Below, one piece after another: positions 49,301-59,700 of a stretch of DNA of 64,000 nucleotides; the first letter of the stretch is position 1, and the number at the start of each line of letters is the position of its first letter. Below the pieces are notes generated by a model that ran no database searches, was not told where the DNA came from, and saw nothing but the letters and a program-made list of their open reading frames with translations. The translations under genes and the position numbers were made by a program. Source of the stretch: Eledone cirrhosa (Eukaryota). Location: positions 47,225,333-47,289,332 of the forward strand of contig OZ024753.1 of assembly GCA_964016885.1 (NCBI GenBank). Reading direction: 5' to 3'.

Positions 49301-52300
49301 TTGGCTGTGGAGGGCATCTCATAGTTGTGTTCTAAAATGGTCCAGCCATTTCCTTTTTCCTATCCTCTGGATCTGTTTCCTTGATCTGACTCTTCCTCCA
49401 TGTGATCTCGTTGATCATCCAACTGTCAACCGTTCTCTTAACACTTTAGTGCCTCCTCTCTGGCGTCAGTGTAAGCGGTACAGAGTGCTTCCCTCATCAC
49501 CTCCACTGTGTCCATCCTCTCCATAGGATCAGCACAGAATTGGTCCTTGGCAGGCTGCACACACCTTTGGGTCTGCAGAACTGACATGCTTCCTCTTCTT
49601 TCTCCTCAGCATCAGTGTCTCACTTGCTACTGCATTGTTCAAGTACCTGTACCTCTTTGTCAAACTCTCTACATAGAGCACTGAACCTGTTGCTCACTTC
49701 TCCTGTGAACCTCTTCTGTAGCTTATGTTCCTTGAACGTTCCCCAGTCATAGATTATACTGTTGGTGTAGCCTTGCTCTTTCTTAAGCTCACTCGGACCT
49801 CGCTCATAACAAGCATGTGTCCACTGTCCCAGTGTACTGAAATAGTTGTATGGTTCTGTGTTGAGAACACTATTGCGCTGCTTTTTCCTCACCAGAAAGA
49901 AATCAATCTAGGTCTTGGTCCACATCTTTTCTTGATTCTCCCTTAACGTTAGGTTGGTTGCCATCAAGTTTGCATCCAGCATGGCGTCTGTCGGTAGTCT
50001 TCCATTTCTGTTGGTGTTAGGGAATTACCAGCGCGGATCTTCTCTGCTCTCCTTACTCAGATGTGCATAGAAGTCCCTCAGAAGAATGATGTTTTGAGCT
50101 TGTGTGGTGTTGACAGCTCTACACATCTCCTCATGAAATTCCTCCGCATTCACATCACTGTCTCCCTTGGTAGGACTGTAATCTGATATCCGGTTTTAAA
50201 TTCCTGTTATTGCCTGCAGGACTATGATAAAAAGGAGAGGGCTAAGAACAGCCCTGGTGTACACGGACCTGCATGCTAAATTCCTCGCTATAGTCATTGA
50301 TAACCCTAACTTTGCTGACTGTTTCTATATACATGGCTTGGTACAGCCCTCATAAGCTATTCATCTACTTCAAATTTTCTAAGAGCTCACCAGATTATAG
50401 CATGGTGGACTCTGTCGAAGGCTTTTTCCATTTCGACAAATGCCAGGTAGAGAGGCTTACTTTTAGCTAGGTACTAATCAACTGTGCTATAACTCTTTAC
50501 GTTACTTTCATGATCTGGTGGTCCATCAGCTTTATACCTCTCTAGTTTCCTCTATCTAGTGCATCACCTTTACCTTTGTATCAGTTGACCATGATGCTGC
50601 TGCACGAATCGTTTAGTATTATCTAGTTAACATTACTTGTGTTTATGGTCTGATCTACCGACCCAGATGCCTTGAGCATCTCGGCAGCTATACCCGATGG
50701 ACCGGTTGCCTTCCCCGTCTTCATATCTATGATTGCCATACTACATTGCTGCTGACTTGTTCTGCTAGCCCCTCTATAGGGTTCACTTTGGGTATGGTAT
50801 CTTTTTCCCATACATTCTCCTCATTTAGTAATCTTTCATACTGGCTCTTCCACGCATCTTCTCAGCACTTTTGTCCAATGACATCACAATTCTCTCTGGA
50901 ACACCTGTTTCTTTTCCTCGTGTTGCAAAACATGCTTGAAATTCCTATCCTCTACCTTCCTTCTAGCTAAGTATACTTGTCGCCTAGCTTTGCTCCTGGT
51001 CTCTCTGTAATGTGCCCTGTTTTTCCATTCTTTCCATGCCTGTCTCTTAGCCTTAACTGCCTCATCTACCATATTGTTCTACCACCAAGTCACTCTCCTC
51101 ATCCATGTATATATCTTTTTATCATTATCCTTTTCTCAAATATACACACAGGCAAATATTATGCATGGATATGATAACTGGTAGCTGGAGAGAGAATAAT
51201 ATAGATAAGTCTATCTTCAGCAACAAGTGCTATATTGTCTCCCATGTTGAAAGATATTATTTTACAATATAAGAACTTGAAACTAAGACTAACTGATGTA
51301 TAGAATAGAAAGACCTAGATGTGAAAAGAAGTGGAAATTGTGCAGATTGAAGATTGAAGATTTGACCGATGTGAAGAAACTGGAAAGATGTTTCGAAAAG
51401 CGTGAAGAATGCAGTCCGTAGGAAAGACATCCCCGAGAGTGAACATTTGAAGCTAGAGCAAGGTTTTAAGAGTTAGAAAGAGTAGTTGTTGATTGTTCCT
51501 GTGAAAAGCAACAAAGTGCAAGCATAACAGACGAGACAAGAATGCAGGCCCACCAGTCGTAGTTAAGCAGCAAAGCAGATGCCAATATATTATTAAATAT
51601 TAGAGAATCAGTTTGTTCTTATTTCATGTTTTATTGCGAAATGGTATTGTTGAAAGCTAAAGACAATATAGCGTTTGTTGAAGATGATGTATATTACTTT
51701 CTATGCAGAAATAATGAAACATTTGCACAGTCATCTTCATGATCATACGTTCGCTTTCAAGTGTGGGACATGTACTATTGAGCACCGCCTCTCCACTTAT
51801 ACCGGCCGTTGGTCACCTCGTTGGTGATCGTTAGCGATTTGAGGTCTGCTCTCACCACCGCCGTATATGTTTTTCCTAGTCTTCCTCTACTGCGTGTTCC
51901 TTCTACTGGAATTTCTTGGCACAAGTTTACCCAGCAAACCATCTTATTCTTCTCTCCAGCACTCCACAACTCATACCCATTTTCTCTCTCAACTCATCTC
52001 TGCTCGGTCGTCGGAGCATGCTTCCTTCATTTCTTTGCCAGCCTTGGCATATTCTCTGCAATTGCTGGCCATGTCTCACTTCTTCCAACCCATCTTTATT
52101 GTAGATACTCTGGCCTCGTAGTAGCCTCCTCTCTTTCTAATCTGCTCATCTATGTAGCGGAAGGTACGAACCACTTGTATAGAACCCACCTTCATTTGAA
52201 AACTGTTTCTATCACTGTCACTTTTACTGTGAAATTTCTCTGTACAGGTAGTTTTCACTACCTGTTTGCTTGCTATCCCACTACATATGTTGAGTACCCC

Positions 52301-53865
52301 AGATGTGCATTGCGTATATTTTATATAATTTATCCCAACGCCTTTTCAACATAGTGAGCATGTTCTCTTTTCTATATTTCTATTGTCCTCTTGCTTCCAA
52401 CTAGTTTCCATAGACAGGATTTCTTCTCTAGCTTGTTTACTGATTCTGCTATAAGAACCAGATCGTCACGGACAGCCAGTTTTAAACGCATCTGTTACTG
52501 ACAGCACCTCTGTACAAAGCCTATACGGCCCTCACCACCTAGTTTGGTTAGGCACCACCAGATGACAGATCATGGTAACCTACCAAAGGAGTTGTATGTC
52601 AAAAAAATTAATTGCTAAGATGGATTACATTGCCACCAGTTATATTTTATATATTTCCTAAGACTCGTTTGATTAAAAAGCTTAATTTTTTTATTTCTTT
52701 TTACTGACCTTATTAGTTGTAGCTGTGATAAGTTTAGCTAGATTGCTAGCGTTGAAATAGTTGCGCTTTAGTTGTGATGTAGGTGTTGCAAGTTCCGGCT
52801 GTAAGTCGTGGGGGTGTAGTATATTGTCATGTATGTGTACATATGTCTGTGTATGTATACACGTACACATGTGTGTAGTGTTTTTGTGTTTATACGTCTA
52901 CAAATGTATATGCAATATTTCAATTAGCAAAGGGAGTTTACTCTTGGATATTTTAATAAAATTACGAGTTGTTTCCCTTCTTAGCAGGAAATTTAGTTTG
53001 ATAAAACTGAATTGTCAAGGCTGGTTGTCTTGGTCATTGGTAAGCGTCTGTTGAAGACTAGACATCTAAATTACGATATACAAGTACACGCATCCATGAA
53101 TGGATATGTTGTCAAGTAGCTTGCGAGTGAGAATAATGTAGATAAGCAAAATCTATGAACACTCGCTATATTATCTCACACTTTTATGGATATGTTTTTG
53201 CAATACAAGAATAGGAAACGAAGAAAAACTAATTCACAGAATACAGTGTGATGCAGGCAAAAGATGTTGAAATTGTGCCGAATTAAGATTGAAAATTTGA
53301 CCGATGTGGAGCAGCTGTGGAAAATTTGCATGATGTAGTGAATAATGCAGTGGGTAGAAAAGACATCCCCGAAAATAAACAGAGTAGTTCCAGTGAAAAT
53401 CAATGAAGTGCAAGCATAACAGATGAGAGAAGCATGCAGGCCCAGCAGTTGGAGTTCGCTGCTAAGCAGATCGATGCCAATAGAATCTAAAATATTATGG
53501 AATCAGATAGTTTATCGATTCCCTGTTTTATTGCAAAAGCGAATCCTTCAAAGTGCGAGACAATATAGTGTTTGTTGTTGGTGATAATATACTTTGTGTA
53601 ATAGTCTCTGTTCATAAATAATGAAAAATGTGCACATAGTCGACCCTGACTATACGTTCATATTAGTTGTGAAGCTTTGCTTGTTTAAAACAGAAAGACG
53701 ACCATATTTGATTAAAAATATCATTGTATAAGTTGTGCTTCTAAACACTACATGTAAACATGTAGAACACAGACATTCACAAAGACCTTCAACACTAAAT
53801 TTTAAAAAACAAATGGTTATTTAATTTCTATAATTAATTAAGATGGATTACATGGCCAACGATTA

Positions 53866-54492
53866 TCTATATATAAAACTGAAGATGTCCGAGTTCGAAT
53901 CGCTAAAGCTCGAGAACCACCCAACGGACTGTTTTCAAACTTTACACATGTAATACTTATGTTTGAGAGATTGTTCTGATCACCCCCAAACGATTTCAAC
54001 TTTTATAAGCCCACAGGGACGACATTAGGCGGTTTAGCGATCTCACTCTATAATTCTTAGTCTCTTTTTCGATAGACGTACTTATAACGTCGCGCCCTTA
54101 TTATATCTGTCTGACTGTCTGCATTACGTCACTTCCTTGAGGGTGTGTTTGAATCCCTTAAACTCGAAGTACCCAACCGATATTTTTTCAAACTATAAAT
54201 GCGTATTACTTAGGTTTAAGGTAGTGTTATGCACATTAAAAATTTAAACATTTTTTTTATCTGCTGGGGCCCGCATTAGATGAAAAAGTTTTTTTTTTAT
54301 CTTAGGACTTTTTGTAGCCGTTACGTCTAGCCGATTTTCGCTAAATTTCAAGGCATATTATGGTCATAAAAAGAAAATCATTATCTCGATCCCCTAGGGC
54401 CCGCATTAGGTGAAAACCTGCCTTTTTCTTGCCTCATCCATCAGAGTATTCGAAAATACTTTATATGGTGCAACGCCAGGTACCACTGCTAG
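53866..54492 (+). mobile_element. Complete non-autonomous Helitron (627 bp)
   Basis: A|TCTATATATAAAACTG 5' end, GTGCAACGCCAGGTACCACTG-CTAG|T 3' end. Inserted between A and T with no TSD. Confidence 0.92.
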
Positions 54493-55139
54493 TATATTAT
54501 AGATTTCACGAAACTCGTTTATTTAAATCTTTTTTACCATAATGCCATTTCGACTATAGATCTGATAAGTTGAGCTAGATTGCCAGCGTCGAAATAGTTT
54601 CGCTTTAGTTAGGATGTAGGTGTTGAAAGGGCCGGATGTGAGCCTTGGGTGTAGTCTATTTTCACACATTCGTAGATATATACATGTATGTATATATATA
54701 TCTAAACACGTGTATGAAAGTATGTACACGACTTTATGTATGTAACCCTGTAACATTGAGCTTTCCGATAACCCTTTGTAAATATGCAATGTCGGTTTGA
54801 TAAGCACGACAAAGAATTGAAGATACTAGGCAGATTAACAGGTTAGTTGAACGACCGTTGACTTTAATTGCGCGTGAAAATACGTGGGTGCAGTTGGTGG
54901 GGCTGATGCTTTTAAGTTTGTTTTTGTCTTGTTGAATAATCATGGCGTGCTACTTTGTAGTACTTGTATTGCAGGCCGTTGTTCCGGTGGTTAAGGTAAG
55001 TGGCGATGTTATTACTGTTTGGGTATTTTAAGTTTTCGTCTAGTTGGTTTGGGGTGGCGGTCGGATTGGTTTCAGATTAACGGTCTGTGTCTGGTTTACA
55101 GTTGTGATTAGTTTGTGTAAGAAGCGAAGAATGCCGCGA

Positions 55140-56758
55140 TATATATTTATATTTTTAGAAAGGGAGAAACTGTATCTTAATCATTTTATCTGTAGAAACG
55201 TTAATTGCGAGATAGATTTTATTAAGGGGAAAGTTTTTGAGATAGGACAGTTAATAATTAAGTTATCTCTGTTATCATTTTGACGCATTTCTATTTCGAA
55301 CTATAGACATATATGTAAAATTATCGCAGACAATTAGACATTTAATTTCCGCAAAATATATAATTCCACGGGAGAGAATGTGCTATATAATCAATTGATT
55401 TCTCTCCCTTTAGTTCACTTTATATTTGTAAAGGGAGAGAAGTTTATTTAACAATATCTTATCTCCCCTTGACAGACTTTAATAATAATTATAATTTTTT
55501 TAGAAAAATATATTTTATTTTGGAAAAAGGTATTAGTAACAGTTTAATATAAAAAAAATAGTTGTCTCCCCTTGCTACACTTTGACTATAATGTAATAAA
55601 TTATGTTGTGACATTACTGCTGTTTTTATCAAGTAATTCTAACACCCGGAATTTATAATTTAGTTATTAACTTAATATTAGCTTCCGAGAATCAACTTAG
55701 TTGTTTCCCCTTATTTGACTCAGCTTATTTTTATCTGGTCTTAACATAATCTATCGCCGTTTTTATAGTGCAGGAATTAGTTACATTTAATAAATTAAGT
55801 GTAGAAACCTAGAAATTGTCAGGTTAATAAAATTTGCAAGCTAATTTTAATTAATAAATTTGTCCAACTGTTTTCCATTTCAAATAATGTTATGTCAAAC
55901 TTAATTAATTGCGAGAGACCCATTTCTGAACGCACAGCGACGGCATTAGGAAAAAACAGTCAATTTTTACGGACAAATGTATCACAAATTCAGTTTAATT
56001 TACATAATTTCCCGCCGTTTTTATGAGAAAACAAACTAATAAAAACGGCGTGGATTTACGTTACATTATATATAATTTACTTTTAACTAAGGTAGATAAT
56101 ATGGTTTATTTAATAAATAGGTTGTTTCCCTTGGCCGGACTTTAAGTAACATAAATTTTCGCCGGTTTTATAGTGCTTCATAGTATTAAAAAATGCGGAA
56201 ATTTCTGTTGGCCAAGGGGAACAACCTATTTATTAAATAAACAATTTTATCTCCCTTAGTTCAAACTAAAAACCAATTAAATTATATTTTATAAAAGTGA
56301 ATTATATATAATGTAACGTAAATTGACGCCGTTTTAGCAGTTCGTTTTCTGATATTATTTACGAACTCTTTCCGCAGTCTAATAGTAAACAAACTATAAT
56401 AAAAGCGGCGGTGATTTACGTAACATTATATATTTAATTTTCTTATAAAATATTGTTAGTTGATTTTTTTTTTATTGAATTAAGGGAGATAACATTGTTT
56501 ATTTAATATATAGGTTGTTTCCCTTTGCCGGACTTTAATTTTATAATATTTATTTCTGTGTAACAAATTTTCGCCGTTTTTAGTGCTTCATATATTAAAA
56601 GAATGCGGAAACTTGTTACAAAGAAATATTTTCTCAGATATAAAGACTAGTTAATAATTAAGTTGTCCCCCCTTTACTTGATATACCTAGACTAATATAT
56701 ATTTATACAAAACATTTAAATTCTATTTATCGAAGGATGTTAAGGTAGAAAACACATC
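55140..56758. repeat. AT-rich telomere-adjacent sequence with direct and inverted sub-repeats
   Basis: Recurrent AAGGGAGA/TCTCCCCTT motifs in both orientations. Fold-back at ~56030-56345 and a further direct copy at ~56385-56610. Confidence 0.75.
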
Positions 56759-56760
56759 GG

Positions 56761-59700
56761 TTGGGGTTGGGGTTGGGGTTGGGGTTGGGGTTGGGGTTGG
56801 GGTTGGGGTTGGGGTTGGGGTTGGGGTTGGGGTTGGGGTTGGGGTTGGGGTTGGGGTTGGGGTTGGGGTTAGGGTTGGGGTTGGGGTTAGGGTTAGGGTT
56901 AGGGTTAGGGTTAGGGTTAGGGTTAGGGTTAGGGTTAGGGTTAGGGTTAGGGTTAGGGTTAGGGTTAGGGTTAGGGTTAGGGTTAGGGTTAGGGTTAGGG
57001 TTAGGGTTAGGGTTAGGGTTAGGGTTAGGGTTAGGGTTAGGGTTAGGGTTAGGGTTAGGGTTAGGGTTAGGGTTAGGGTTAGGGTTAGGGTTAGGGTTAG
57101 GGTTAGGGTTAGGGTTAGGGTTAGGGTTAGGGTTAGGGTTAGGGTTAGGGTTAGGGTTAGGGTTAGGGTTAGGGTTAGGGTTAGGGTTAGGGTTAGGGTT
57201 AGGGTTAGGGTTAGGGTTAGGGTTAGGGTTAGGGTTAGGGTTAGGGTTAGGGTTAGGGTTAGGGTTAGGGTTAGGGTTAGGGTTAGGGTTAGGGTTAGGG
57301 TTAGGGTTAGGGTTAGGGTTAGGGTTAGGGTTAGGGTTAGGGTTAGGGTTAGGGTTAGGGTTAGGGTTAGGGTTAGGGTTAGGGTTAGGGTTAGGGTTAG
57401 GGTTAGGGTTAGGGTTAGGGTTAGGGTTAGGGTTAGGGTTAGGGTTAGGGTTAGGGTTAGGGTTAGGGTTAGGGTTAGGGTTAGGGTTAGGGTTAGGGTT
57501 AGGGTTAGGGTTAGGGTTAGGGTTAGGGTTAGGGTTAGGGTTAGGGTTAGGGTTAGGGTTAGGGTTAGGGTTAGGGTTAGGGTTAGGGTTAGGGTTAGGG
57601 TTAGGGTTAGGGTTAGGGTTAGGGTTAGGGTTAGGGTTAGGGTTAGGGTTAGGGTTAGGGTTAGGGTTAGGGTTAGGGTTAGGGTTAGGGTTAGGGTTAG
57701 GGTTAGGGTTAGGGTTAGGGTTAGGGTTAGGGTTAGGGTTAGGGTTAGGTTAGGGTTAGGGTTAGGGTTAGGGTTAGGGTTAGGGTTAGGGTTAGGGTTA
57801 GGGTTAGGGTTAGGGTTAGGGTTAGGGTTAGGGTTAGGGTTAGGGTTAGGGTTAGGGTTAGGGTTAGGGTTAGGGTTAGGGTTAGGGTTAGGGTTAGGGT
57901 TAGGGTTAGGGTTAGGGTTAGGGTTAGGGTTAGGGTTAGGGTTAGGGTTAGGGTTAGGGTTAGGGTTAGGGTTAGGGTTAGGGTTAGGGTTAGGGTTAGG
58001 GTTAGGGTTAGGGTTAGGGTTAGGGTTAGGTTAGGGTTAGGGTTAGGGTTAGGGTTAGGGTTAGGGTTAGGGTTAGGGTTAGGGTTAGGGTTAGGGTTAG
58101 GGTTAGGGTTAGGGTTAGGGTTAGGGTTAGGGTTAGGGTTAGGGTTAGGGTTAGGGTTAGGGTTAGGGTTAGGGTTAGGGTTAGGGTTAGGGTTAGGGTT
58201 AGGGTTAGGGTTAGGGTTAGGGTTAGGGTTAGGGTTAGGGTTAGGGTTAGGGTTAGGGTTAGGGTTAGGGTTAGGGTTAGGGTTAGGGTTAGGGTTAGGG
58301 TTAGGGTTAGGGTTAGGGTTAGGTTAGGGTTAGGGTTAGGGTTAGGGTTAGGGTTAGGGTTAGGGTTAGGGTTAGGGTTAGGGTTAGGGTTAGGGTTAGG
58401 GTTAGGGTTAGGGTTAGGGTTAGGGTTAGGGTTAGGGTTAGGGTTAGGGTTAGGGTTAGGGTTAGGGTTAGGGTTAGGGTTAGGGTTAGGGTTAGGGTTA
58501 GGGTTAGGGTTAGGGTTAGGGTTAGGGTTAGGGTTAGGGTTAGGGTTAGGGTTAGGGTTAGGGTTAGGGTTAGGGTTAGGGTTAGGGTTAGGGTTAGGGT
58601 TAGGGTTAGGGTTAGGGTTAGGGTTAGGGTTAGGGTTAGGGTTAGGGTTAGGGTTAGGGTTAGGGTTAGGGTTAGGGTTAGGGTTAGGGTTAGGGTTAGG
58701 GTTAGGGTTAGGGTTAGGGTTAGGGTTAGGGTTAGGGTTAGGGTTAGGGTTAGGGTTAGGGTTAGGGTTAGGGTTAGGGTTAGGGTTAGGGTTAGGGTTA
58801 GGGTTAGGGTTAGGGTTAGGGTTAGGGTTAGGGTTAGGGTTAGGGTTAGGGTTAGGGTTAGGGTTAGGGTTAGGGTTAGGGTTAGGGTTAGGGTTAGGGT
58901 TAGGGTTAGGGTTAGGGTTAGGGTTAGGGTTAGGGTTAGGGTTAGGGTTAGGGTTAGGGTTAGGGTTAGGGTTAGGGTTAGGGTTAGGGTTAGGGTTAGG
59001 GTTAGGGTTAGGGTTAGGGTTAGGGTTAGGGTTAGGGTTAGGGTTAGGGTTAGGGTTAGGGTTAGGGTTAGGGTTAGGGTTAGGGTTAGGGTTAGGTTAG
59101 GGTTAGGGTTAGGGTTAGGGTTAGGGTTAGGGTTAGGGTTAGGGTTAGGGTTAGGGTTAGGGTTAGGGTTAGGGTTAGGGTTAGGGTTAGGGTTAGGGTT
59201 AGGGTTAGGGTTAGGGTTAGGGTTAGGGTTAGGGTTAGGGTTAGGGTTAGGGTTAGGGTTAGGGTTAGGGTTAGGGTTAGGGTTAGGGTTAGGGTTAGGT
59301 TAGGGTTAGGGTTAGGGTTAGGGTTAGGGTTAGGGTTAGGGTTAGGGTTAGGGTTAGGGTTAGGTTAGGGTTAGGGTTAGGGTTAGGGTTAGGGTTAGGG
59401 TTAGGGTTAGGGTTAGGGTTAGGGTTAGGGTTAGGGTTAGGGTTAGGGTTAGGGTTAGGGTTAGGGTTAGGGTTAGGGTTAGGGTTAGGGTTAGGGTTAG
59501 GGTTAGGGTTAGGGTTAGGGTTAGGGTTAGGGTTAGGGTTAGGGTTAGGGTTAGGGTTAGGGTTAGGGTTAGGGTTAGGGTTAGGGTTAGGGTTAGGGTT
59601 AGGGTTAGGGTTAGGGTTAGGGTTAGGGTTAGGGTTAGGGTTAGGGTTAGGGTTAGGGTTAGGGTTAGGGTTAGGGTTAGGGTTAGGGTTAGGGTTAGGG

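Larger units (their letters stand above)
37850..54720. repeat. Diverged tandem segmental duplication: three 4.4-5.5 kb units plus partial units
   Basis: Anchor AATTAGCAAAGGGA at ~37906, 43444, 47810 and 52922. Anchor GCTAGATTGC.AGCGT at ~43336, 47626, 52737 and 54574. Confidence 0.93.

Noticed and set aside
228-52600. HeT-A/TART-like polarised retrotransposon telomere system, since most LINE pieces lie on the minus strand
   Set aside because: The elements are fragmentary and multiplied by duplication, several lie on +, none is inserted in the TTAGGG tract, and a long canonical telomere is present.
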